From positions 649,428,558 through 649,492,557 of the forward strand of contig NC_133619.1 of the NCBI RefSeq assembly GCF_048593235.1: a stretch of DNA of 64,000 nt, given 5' to 3'. The translations under genes and the position numbers were made by a program. Below, piece after piece: positions 11,084-22,735 of this stretch (positions are counted from its first letter, which is position 1; every line of letters starts with the position of its first letter). Below the pieces are notes generated by a model. The model was given only the letters and a program-made list of their open reading frames with translations. It was not told the DNA's origin and did not search any database. Origin of the DNA: Sminthopsis crassicaudata. Taxonomy: Eukaryota.

Positions 11084-14000
11084 ACATGGGGCTGACAATC
11101 TCATCAGACACTGTGATATCTCTAACATGGGGCTGATAATCCCATCAGACACTGTGATATCTGTAACATGGGGCTGACAATCCCATCAGACACTGTGATA
11201 TCTCTAACATGGGGCTGATAATCCCATCAGACACTGTGATATCTGTAACATGGGGCTGATAATCCCATCAGACACTGTGATATCTGTAACATGGGGCTGA
11301 TAATCCCATCAGACATTGTGATATCTGTAACATGGGGCTGATAATCCCATCAGACACTGTGATATCTCTAACATGGGGCTGATAATCCCATCAGACATTG
11401 TGATATCTGTAACATGGGGCTGACAATCCCATCAGACACTATGATATCTGTAACATGGGGCTGACAATCTCATCAAACACTGTGATATCTGTAACATGGG
11501 GCTGACAATACCATCAGACACTGTGATATCTGTAACATGGGGCTGATAATCCCATCAGACATTGTGATATCTGTAACATGGGGCTGACAATCCCATCAGA
11601 CACTATGATATCTGTAACATGGGGCTGACAATCTCATCAAACACTGTGATATCTGTAACATGGGGCTGACAATACCATCAGACACTGTGATATCTGTAAC
11701 ATGGGGCTGATAATCCCATCAGACATTGTGATATCTGTAACATGGGGCTGACAATCCCATCAGACACTATGATATCTGTAACATGGGGCTGACAATCTCA
11801 TCAAACACAGGGATATATGTAACATGGGGCTGATAATCCCATCAGACACTGTGATATCTGTAACATGGGGCTGATAATCCCATCAGACATTGTGATATCT
11901 GTAACATGGGGCTGACAATCCCATCAGACACTATGATATCTGTAACATGGGGCTGACAATCTCATCAAACACAGGGATATCTGTAACATGGGGCTGATAA
12001 TCCCATCAGACACTGTGATATCTCTAACATGGGGCTGACAATCCCATCAGACACTGTGATATCTGTAACATGGGGCTGATAATCCCATCAGACACAGGGA
12101 TATCTGTAACATGGGGCTGACAATCTCATCAAACACAGGGATATCTGTAACATGGGGCTGACAATCTCATCAAACACAGGGATATCTGTAACATGGGGCT
12201 GACAATCCCATCAGACATTGTGATATCTGTAACATGGGGCTGACAATCCCATCAGACACTATGATATCTGTAACATGGGGCTGACAATCTCATCAAACAC
12301 AGGGATATCTGTAACATGGGGCTGATAATCCCATCAGACATTGTGATATCTGTAACATGGGGCTGACAATCCCATCAGACACTATGATATCTGTAACATG
12401 GGGCTGACAATCTCATCAAACACAGGGATATATGTAACATGGGGCTGATAATCCCATCAGACACTGTGATATCTGTAACATGGGGCTGATAATCCCATCA
12501 GACATTGTGATATCTGTAACATGGGGCTGATAATCCCATCAGACACTGTGATATCTGTAACATGGGGCTGATAATCCCATCAGACACTGTGATATCTGTA
12601 ACATGGGGCTGACAATCTCATCAAACACAGGGATATCTGTAACATGGGGCTGACAATCCCATCAGACACTATGATATCTGTAACATGGGGCTGACAATCC
12701 CATCAGACACTGTGATATCTGTAACATGGGGCTGATAATCCCATCAGACACTATGATATCTGTAACATGGGGCTGACAATCTCATCAAACACAGGGATAT
12801 ATGTAACATGGGGCTGATAATCCCATCAGACACTGTGATATCTGTAACATGGGGCTGATAATCCCATCAGACACTGTGATATCTGTAACATGGGGCTGAT
12901 AATCCCATCAGACACTGTGATATCTGTAACATGGGGCTGATAATCCCATCAGACATTGTGATATCTGTAACATGGGGCTGATAATCCCATCAGACACTGT
13001 GATATCTGTAACATGGGGCTGACAATCTCATCAGACACAGGGATATCTGTAACATGGGGCTGACAATCTCATCAAACACAGGGATATCTGTAACATGGGG
13101 CTGACAATCCCATCAGACACTGTGATATCTGTAACATGGGGCTGACAATCCCATCAGACACTGTGATATCTGTAACATGGGGCTGACAATCCCATCAGAC
13201 ACTGTGATATCTGTAACATGGAGCTGACAATCCCATCAGACACTGTGATATCTGTAACATGGGGCTGATAATCCCATCAGACACTGTGATATCTCTAACA
13301 TGGGGCTGACAATCCCATCAGACACTGTGATATCTGTAACATGGGGCTGACAATCCCATCAGACATTGTGATATCTGTAACATGGGGCTGATAATCCCAT
13401 CAGACATTGTGATATCTGTAACATGGGGCTGACAATCCCATCAGACATTGTGATATCTGTAACATGGGGCTGACAATCCCATCAGACAATGTGATATCTG
13501 TAACATGGGGCTGACAATCCCATCAGACACTGTGATATCTGTAACATGGGGCTGACAATCCCATCAGACACTGTGATATCTCTAACATGGGGCTGATAAT
13601 CCCATCAGACACTGTGATATCGGTAACATGGGGCTGATAATCCCATCAGACACTGTGATATCTCTAACATGGGGCTGATAATGCCATCAGAAACTGTGAT
13701 ATCTGCAACATGGGGCTGATAATCCCATCAGACACAAGGATATCTGTAACACGGGGCTGCCAATCCCATCAGACACTGTGATATCTGTAACATGGGGCTG
13801 CCAATCCCATCAGACACTGTGATATCTGTAACATGGGGCTGACAATCCCATCAGACACTGTGATATCTCTAACATGGGGCTGATAATCCCATCAGACACT
13901 GTGATATCTGTAACATGGGACTGACAATCCCATCAGACACTGTGTTATCTCTAACATGGTGCTGATAATCCCATCAGACATTGTGATATCTGTAACATGG

Positions 14001-14590
14001 GGCTGACAATCCCATCAGACAATGTGTTATCTCTAACATGGGGCTGATAATCCCATCAGACACTGTGATATCTGTAGCATGGGGCTGACAATCCCATCAG
14101 ACACAGGGATGCCTGTAACATGGGGCTGACAATCCCATCAGACACTGTGATATCTGTAACATGGGGCTGATAATCCCATCAGACACTGTGATATCTGTAA
14201 CATGGGGCTGACAATCCCATCAGACACTGTGATATCTGTAACATGGGGCTGATAATCCCATCAGACACAAGGATATCTGTAACACGGGGCTGACAATCTC
14301 ATCAGACACTGTGATATCTGTAACATGGGGCTGACAATCCCATCAGACACTGTGATATCTGTAACATGGAGCTGATAATCCCATCAGACACTGTGATATC
14401 TGTAACATGGGGCTGACAATCCCATCAGACACTGTGATATCTGTAACATGGAGCTGACAATCCCATCAGACACTGTGATATCTGTAACATGGGGCTGATA
14501 ATCCCATCAGACACTGTGATATCTGTAACATGGGGCTGACAATCCCATCAGACACTGTGATATCTGTAACATGGGGCTGATAATCCCATC
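11084..14590. repeat. 41-bp minisatellite, about 85 copies visible, left edge in an assembly gap
   Basis: Unit ctgtaacatggggctga(t/c)aatcccatcagacactgtgatat repeated head-to-tail; N-gap at 10952-11083. Confidence 0.97.
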
Positions 14591-15789
14591 CTTCAAGATG
14601 CCCCTTCTCTAAAGACTCATAAGATCAAGGAAGTAGCAACCATTCTGGGCTATTGTTTGCCTTTACAGACTCATGGTTTTATGATCCTATGAGAAAGACT
14701 TCATGCTCCTAAGGTGGGAGTGGAACTTGGGCCCTCATTGGCCTGAGCTCTCCAGCCAAACTTTGTATGTGTGTGTGTGTGTGTATGTGTATGTGCACAC
14801 CCTACAGAGGGGACCTTCTGTCCTGATCTCACTGAACTTGCCTTATTTTGGCTTTCTTTTCCCAACCACGGCCCTGCCTAGCATCCTGTAGGAGGAGGAT
14901 GGTAATTCAGCGTAGGATATGATCCAGCAGAGCCTGCTTGATTTAAGCAGGGAGATAAATCATTCCCAGATATGGGATACTTGTGGAAGCCTGGCGGCCT
15001 GTGGGACCACATCACCCATCATTTTGGGATCAGAGATGGAACATCCCCTGGACCCAGGAAGACCTCAGGTCAGAAAGAAGTGACAGAGCACTGGGGGCTT
15101 AGGGTAGGAGTTTCAGAGTTTCAACAAAAGCTCTGGTTGGCCTAATGGTTGGGAATGAAATGGGGATATCACAGCAGGAAAATCCAGGGTACCTAGCCCT
15201 CTTCCAAGGGAGAAAAGGTAGAAGGGCTGAGCCCTTGGGCAGTAGACTGTGCCCAATTTAAGCTAACATGCTGAAGGTTAAAGGTATCTTCTCTCTTTCC
15301 AAAGTGATCCATGGAAATCCTTGGACCATTAGCAAGAGTTCTGTGGCCAAGCATGGTCATGGAAAAAATATTCAAGTTGGAGACAGACGACCTGGCTTCA
15401 GATCCACCTCTGCGACTAGCTGTGGGACTTCCCTGGGACTCCTTTCCTTAATCTCTCGGAGAGGCTTTGACCAGATGATCTCTCTCTATGGCCCTGCTCA
15501 ACTCTAGATCCTGACCAAGGTTAAGTATTGGTTCTAATACTTACTCAGGATTTAGAAGGAGAGAAGTAAGGTAATTGAAGGAGAAAGGTAGCATGGCACT
15601 GTGGGGGGAGGAAAAAAAAAAAATCACTGGACTTGGAATTAGAGGGCCTAGATCCAAAGTCCAGTTCTCTGAGAGACAGAAAGTACTAAACAGAGAATTA
15701 GAAATAGAGAGAGACAAAAAGACAGGAATATGAATGAGTGACTCACAACATTTCTTCAGGTTGCACAAGGGATGCATATTGTCTCAACT

Positions 15790-16420
15790 AGGTCTGGTAT
15801 GCTGCAAATCATACCAAATGAGATCCAGAGTTTGATCAAACTATCCACATAGGCAAAATCAAGTGGATGAATTTGTCCAGAACTGAATCTGCAATAGTGT
15901 AGACAATCTAATGAGTTGGACCATCGATGCTTCTAACAAGTAGCAGCCACAACTGAACAAGAGGGGAGAGATCTGGATTGCCTTAGGAAATAATCTATTA
16001 TTTTCAATGACCAAGGTTCTCCCTTGTTTAAAAAAATTAAAAATTACCTTTGAACACTTTAATATTCTTCCTGATTCCTCAAGTCATGGAATACCATAAT
16101 TTCCAAAGAATCACAACTGCGGCCTACTTGAAAAGGGCAACAGAACGCAGGTGGATGTTTTAGCATGTTACCAACAACAAACGACAAGCAAAGATGTCAT
16201 CAGACATGAATGAGGAGGAAAAGAGCTCAGAGATTCATGCATTGAAAGTGGGGATGGCCATATGCCATTCTTGGGCAATGTTAAACTACGCCAAGGAAAA
16301 ACTCCACTTTGTAGGGTGGACTCCTTACAGTTTATGGAAAGGCAAGGAGAAGGGTCCACCAGCATAAAGGGGCATGAATGGTGGCGATCTGCATCATCTG
16401 TGAGATCACAGATCCACTGC
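15790..16420 (+). mobile_element. RTE-clade LINE 3' fragment
   Basis: acaactgaacaagaggggagagatctggattgcctt..ttttcaatgaccaag and gatgtcatcaga..ggggatggccat resemble the recalled marsupial RTE reverse-transcriptase C-terminal region; heavily decayed. Confidence 0.5.
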
Positions 16421-16439
16421 TGAGGATTCTATAGAGATG

Positions 16440-16923
16440 AGGGTAGCAAAGGTAGGAAAACGAGTGGACGTCCATCAGCTGGGGAATGGCTGAACAAGCT
16501 GTGGTACACGGAGGCCATGGAATATTACGGCTCTATAAAAAATGAGGAACAAGCGGATTAGACAAAGGACTGGAAAGATTTACATGAACTGATGCTGAGC
16601 GAAACAAGCAGAAGCAGAAATACATTGTACACAATAATAGCAACAATGTGCAATGATCAACTAGGAAAGGCCTGGTTCTTCTCAGCGGTGCAGTGATCCA
16701 AGGCTATCCCAATAGGCTTTGCATAGAAAATGTCATCTGCATCCAGAAAAAGATCTAAGGAGACTCTAAATATAAATCAACACACGCTTTGTTCACTTCT
16801 TTTTTCTGTTTTTTGTTTTTTAATCTCTCCCATGGTTTTTCCCATTTGCTCTGATTTTTCTCTCCCCACATATAAAAGTGTGTACTAAAAATAAATAAAA
16901 CTTAAAAAAAAAAAAAAAAAAAA
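16440..16923 (+). mobile_element. L1 3' end with poly(A)
   Basis: gtccatcagctggggaatggctgaacaagctgtggta..catgaactgatgctgag..aataaa, then an A-run. Confidence 0.85.
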
Positions 16924-17416
16924 GATGAGGGAGGGGAGAGGAGGCTGCTAACTTTCTGAAGTCCTCTAACTTCCCTCTGGAGGATAACGCTCTTCAGCCT
17001 CTAGGGAGGTATACGCCACCCTTCTCCCCCCATGCTTCCCCCAAACCATAACAAAACAACACAAGTATATTCCTTTAAGAACACAAAGAGTCAAGATTTG
17101 GAGTTGATAGGGAACTTAGAGTCAGTCCACCAAACCCCAACCATCCTTTTAATTTAAAAAAAGTTTCATTTGCAAAACAGTTAAGCAAAACTACTCAACA
17201 AAATTAGTACATCTGTCAGAGCCATGACATCCCACACCCCCATTCTCCATCACGCTACTCATGGCTTATAGGATTTAGAGATGATACGGTCCAAACCCCT
17301 CATTTTACAAATAAAAATGTCCCATATCACTTCTTCCATCCTGAAAAAAAAAATAAAATTGAGGATTGAGTGACTTATAAATATGGGGTATTTTAAAGTA
17401 TTCTAAAATATGTTCA

Positions 17417-17545
17417 GGGGGCATCGAGATGGTAAAGTGGTTAGAGAATTAACTGTGGAGTCAAGAGGAGCCAAGTTCAAATAGGGCCTCAGACACTTAG
17501 TAGCTGTGTGACCCTGAACAAGTCACTTAACCCAGATTCCCTCCC
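17417..17545 (+). mobile_element. Core-SINE
   Basis: ggggcatcgagatggtaaagtgg..agttcaaat..cctcagacactt..gctgtgtgaccctgaacaagtcacttaaccc. Confidence 0.8.
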
Positions 17546-17779
17546 TATTGCTCAAAGTGTTCAAGATGAACCCTTCCCTAAAGTTCTCCCCTTATGCTTC
17601 ATTTTAGCGTTGAGGTGAGCTCAGATTTTTTTTTTTTTTCTGGGATAGCAGAACTTCTTGTAGATTCCAGATAGAAAGACTCTGAGTTGCCTCGTAGTGG
17701 CCAAAGTGTCTATTATCCCAGACATTCATCCTGAGAAAGTTGGGAAGCAGGTGATAAAGTGGAACGAGGAGAGGGGCTT

Positions 17780-19170
17780 GGGGCTATTTAGTGAGGAAGC
17801 AGTCAAACCGGCTGCAGAGAGAGAAATGAGATGAGAGTGTCTGGGAGCAGATTGCTCAGCCCTAGAGGCTCCAGGGAGGTCAAAAAGGTTGAGGGCTGGG
17901 GGAAAAGGTCATTAGATTTGGCAATTAGATGCTTGGTGATGGGGGAGGAGCCGTTTCCATGAATGCTAAGGCTTCAAGCCAAAGCATAGAGGGTTTAGAA
18001 GAGAGAGGGAGAGATGGCAAGGGCAGACTTTTCCCAGAAGTTGGGCTGTGAAGTATATGGGGAAGGGGAGGAGATTTAGGATCATGATAGTGAATACTGG
18101 GGAGTTTCTCAGGGAAGACTTTGGCATGTTTGTAGGCAGTAGGAGATTGGAGGGGGGGGGCTGATAGCGGCTCAATTTGAGAGAAAAGAAGCAGGGGCTG
18201 TAATCCAGGTTACATGTCAAGGGTTAACCTTGTTGAGAAGGATCACCTCCTCCTCGGAGACAAGAGAAGGGAACAGCAGACGATATAAGATGAGGAGAAA
18301 GGGGAGAGAGGAAGATCTCACTAAATGATCGCATTTATTCCCTAGTAAGTTACAAAGTGAGGTTCTCAGCTGAGAGCGAAGGGACAGCGGTTCTGCCGAA
18401 GTCTCAGGAAAGTCCGGGTTTAGGATGGCCAACGGGGAGAGGGGGGATAATGAAGCAACTAGGGGAAGCTAAAAGAATTGCTCTGCACTGTGAAAGGCAC
18501 AGCTGAAATTAGGTACAAATGTATAGTGGACCCATTCAGCATGTGACTCTCACAGAAGCCAGAGGAAGTCACATCAGTGATTTCCTCTGCCTCATTCAGC
18601 AACGCGAGGAGGCGGCAAATGGAGGGAGTAAGTCAGAGTTGGGGTTTGGCAAGGCGTGGTGGGCAATAAGGCGGCGAAATCAGAGAGTCCAGAGTGGAGG
18701 GCACGGTCAAACTGATTCGCCGAGGAGTTGGGAAGAGAGCCTGGCAAAGTAGCCAAGGAGATCTGAGCTCGGGGAGCATAAAAAGCAGACAGGAGAATCA
18801 AGGTATAGGGAGGGACGGAATGGAGAGAGGGATCAGAGAAAGTAACAAGTCCTTCGTCACAGAAGTGGAACACTAAGGGTGATAACAGGTGACCAACTCT
18901 GTGTGCAGCTGAAGTGGGAGGTGAGCAAATTGAGGACTTGGGAGGTCAGGTATTTAGGGAAACATTGATAAGCATGCTGAGCTTTTCTAGTATAAGGGCA
19001 AGGGGTAGAGGGAAAAGGGAGATTGCTTTATCGAGAAAGAAGGGAAATTATCCAAGGGGAGATCAAGAGATGAGGGCCTTCAGGACCTGGATTGGGTGAT
19101 GAATTTGGAGAGAATGAATGTCAAAGGAAGAGTGGTAACTGAGGCACGGAAGAGAGACGCTGGAAGTAGT
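17780..19170 (-). mobile_element. LINE-2 ORF2 relic
   Basis: Antisense L2 motifs (gatttggcaattag, gagggtttagaagagag). The reverse strand near 18870-18950 resembles the L2 endonuclease GHTLDL region. Confidence 0.6.
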
Positions 19171-20699
19171 CATGGAAAGGGAAGCGTCCTCTGACCTTCT
19201 TGTGTGGTCAACCACCACCCTAGCCCGAGCTCTGTTCACCTGCCCCCCGGCCCACTGCAGTAGCCCTCTGATAACTGCCCTCCTTTGTCTCTCTCCTCCC
19301 TCCTCCACCATGGACGTGTTCCCTGCTGTGCAGGCACATGTGCGTGCACACACAGCAAACGCACAAACTCCAGGAAGTATCTGCCACTTCTAGGATCCAA
19401 CATAAAATCCTATATTCGGTCCATTGCCTTCCTCCTTCCTGCCCCCCCCACACTCTCTGACCTCCGGCCTCCTCGCTGTCCCCCATGCCTGGAGTCTTCT
19501 CCCTCCTCTATCTCCTTAACTTCCTTCAAGACTCAACCCAACTCCCCCGTCCCACAGGAAGCCTTCCCAAGATTCCTCAGGCACAAGTCTGGCCATGACG
19601 TGGCACCGAGGTGCCCTCGGGCCTTGAGGACCACATAAGTACTCCCGTTTGACATTCACAGCCCCATGGTCCAGCCTAATCGGACGCCTTGCTGTCACAT
19701 GCACAACCCCACCTATGACCTCTGGGGTAGTCACTCTGCGTACCACATGTTTCTGCCTAGAATCACTCATCTGGATTTGGAAGGGCCCTCGGAAGTCCAG
19801 CCTAACCCCTTCATTTGGCAAATGGAGAGAGACCGAGAGAAGTGGTGGTGGAGACTGGAACTCTGGTCTCGGGACTCTGCACAGGCCCACACAGCCTCGG
19901 CTCAGATGCCAGCAGAGTCGCTTCCTGACCTCCCCCTGCTGCTACTAAGGCCTCTCTCTCCTTGCACGTGCCACGGGATCTGTGGCCAAGCGCGCCAGTA
20001 TTTTTCTCCTGCCGACAAGCTGAGGTCGCCAAGTCAGACGCCACTGCACACGTATGCATGCGCTCCTGAGTTGCCCATCGTCGAGCACTCAGGATGAATG
20101 CGCTCCTGGGCGTCCACATCGAGTCTCCAGACAATGGAAGTCCCCTAGGGACAAGCGTTCCCCTCGTGTCCTGTTTCTAGAGCCCACAATTTCTTGCATA
20201 GTCATTAAGCAGTAAGTACAAAGGCCTTCCTAGGCTTTAGGCCATGATAAGCACGAGAGAGAAAGGACCTTGGGACCGGAGAGCTGGACTTGAAGGACCT
20301 CAAAGCACCTGGTCCGATGCCCTGCTTCTTCAGCTCAGGGGCCGGCGGCCCAGAGGAAGGATTTTCCCGATGGGACAGATTCGGACCGGGAGCTTGAGGA
20401 GGTGGCCACGACAGGGGAAAATTTGGGTCTCCTTTCCCCCCCAGGATGGGAAAGGTGAGGCCATCTTTGGAGGCAGCAAGGAAGAAGCCAATGGGTAAAA
20501 GCCATTGAAAGAAGCATAGAAGGAGGAAACATTCTCAAAAGGAAGAAGGAGGAAATGAAAAGAAGGCAAAGTGGGCTCCTCTTCCAGAGACTTCAGCAAA
20601 GCAGGCAATGGGGAACAGCATAGAGAAGGCTCTGGGGCGTGAAATGAGGAAGACTTCAGGCTGGATGGTCTCTATTTTCACAAATTATAAGGAGAGAGC

Positions 20700-21335
20700 C
20701 TCCACTGGAGGTGGGGCCTAGAAGAAGGAAGCGATTTTGAGCTAATTAGGGAGAAGCAAAGGGCTGCCGGCAACATCGAAGGCCAAGGCAAGATTGCCTA
20801 ATGGACCTATTCAGGACAGCTGTGGGACAGTGGCCAGCGGTCGCTGGAAGGAACGGAGAAGGCCGATGGTGGTGATCCCTCGGGCTTGAGAGCTGGTACG
20901 AGCGGTGACAGAACATGGGATTCGAGGGTAGATGGTATCATTAAAAAACCGTCTATCATAGCCATCGGGCCACAGGCTCTCTGGCTCGAGACCAGTTGGC
21001 CTGCTCCACACGTGACAAAAAGCCTCCCGTCCATGCTGGCTTCCGAGCGGTCAGCAGCAAGAGCTCCACAAGAAGAGAAGGCAGCACTTCCTGTCTGACC
21101 AGCCAGCATTGGGAGACCATCAAACTGAGGTCACCTCCTTGTAGCTCCCAGCCTTTGTTGCTGGTTCTGCCCCAGGACCGGGCAGAAAGACGCGTCGAAT
21201 GGCTGAGGGAGCCAAAAACGCGAGGCATTCCCGACCAGTCCCATCTTTTTTTCAGAGGAAGGTACGTGGGACTCCCAAAGTTGAAGGCGATGCTTTGCCC
21301 AAGGTCATCCACAGAGAAAGTAACTCTTTCCACTA
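20700..21335 (+). mobile_element. Old L1 ORF2 (RT-region) fragment, strongly GC/CpG-shifted
   Basis: ttgcccaaggtcatccacaga (21295-21315) encodes LPKVIHR vs L1 LPKVIYR; cagcagcaagag resembles QQQE; tcattaaaaaac resembles the L1 tcaactaaaaaac motif. The motifs are collinear. Confidence 0.6.
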
Positions 21336-21499
21336 GCCCCGAGCACAGATCTGGAGCCCAGCTGCGGCTACTGGGAAGCATATTCTGATCAGGAAGCACA
21401 GAATGGGAAAGTCCGCCCTCAGGTGCAAGGGAGTATGGGGGGGGGTGTCTCTCAGGGGTGGAGGAATGGTACAGAAACACAAGTCAAGTGCAAAGTAAG

Positions 21500-21900
21500 G
21501 ACAAAGTAAAGAAGCACTAGAGATCGGCCTGGTACAGGATGCGACGGATGGCCGACGCAAGGCAGAGAGGTGGGCGACAGAACGGAGCGGCCGAGGAACC
21601 CACGGGTGGACAGGCAAGTCGACGACCTGGGAGGAAGCCAAGGGAAATCAAGCGTAAAGCGCTTTCAAAGGCAAAAAGGGCTCTGGGCTTCATTCCGGAG
21701 GCATCAGGAAGCCACTGGAGCTTCTTGAGCTGTGGAGGAACAGTTGGAGCTGAGCTTTTGGAAGACTGACTTGGAAGACTGAAGGAGAATAAGGAAGAGG
21801 AGGCCTGTGAGAGGGGCTGATGAAGGGTCCAGATAGAGAGGAGAGGCCAGGTCTGAGAGACTTCCACAGCACAAGGTGCTTTCCCAAAGTCACATGGGAG
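21500..21900 (-). mobile_element. LINE-2 3' region relic, CpG-enriched
   Basis: gaagccactggagcttcttgag and gctttcaaaggcaaa motifs typical of antisense L2. Confidence 0.55.
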
Positions 21901-22271
21901 GTAGGGCCAGAGCTGGGTCACGTCAGGGTCAAGCGGGGCTCGAGGCGACTTCTCCCTATCGCCAGTTCCCCCAAATGCTGGCAAGACAAGAGCCGGGACC
22001 GACCCGTGGAGGTCGACGGGCCGAGCGGAACTCTGCCTCGGGATGCTGCTTCTGGCTCTAGCTGGGAGATTGGGGAGGGAGAGGAAGCGTGGAGTCAAGG
22101 GACCCCCTTCTCGGGCTTTTTCTTAAGGCTGGAAGTGCGGGGAGAAAACTAATAGAAAAGGGGCATCTTGGGACTGGAAAGACAGGAAGTTCTCAGGTCA
22201 CTGAGCCCTCCCCCGAGTGCCCTGGGTCTCGTAGGCAGGGCAAAGGATGGAGTCGTGCCACAAGGATAATA

Positions 22272-22277
22272 TTTATT
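22272..22277 (-). terminator. Poly(A) signal of ZNF865
   Basis: AATAAA on the minus strand about 460 nt downstream of the stop codon. Confidence 0.7.
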
Positions 22278-22735
22278 CCCGACTTTGTCTGTACAAACTG
22301 CGTCTCCCCCCACCCCCACCCTCCCCACACATCCAAACGGCAATCAGCCCCCCTACCCCGTGTCTCTCCCGACCCACCTCCCCCTCCCCTATTCCAGCCA
22401 GATTCCAAGATGGTGGTGGTGGTGATCAGGGTGGGTGGGAACGAGCCTCATTTCCTACAGGTTCGGGCACGGGGTCGGGGGGCGGTATTACAAAGGGGCA
22501 GATGGAAAGGGAGTCTGGTGTTAGGGGGGTCCTAGAGTTCCCAGGATGTGGGGGAGGTGGGGGGGAGAGAGGTGAAGGATTAAGTCCATCCCTCACACTG
22601 GGAGTGGCCAGATCCCTATGGAGTGAAGCCCCCCTACCAGGCTTGGGGAGAAGGGTGGGGGGTCGGCAGGTGGAAAGCCCCCCTCCAAGCCGGTCAGCGA
22701 TGCCCAGAAGCGGGAGAGCCGGGGGGCCGACCCCC

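Noticed and set aside
11084-14590. Regular short repeats suggestive of a CRISPR array
   Set aside because: Head-to-tail units with no unique spacers, no cas genes, and a mammalian context.
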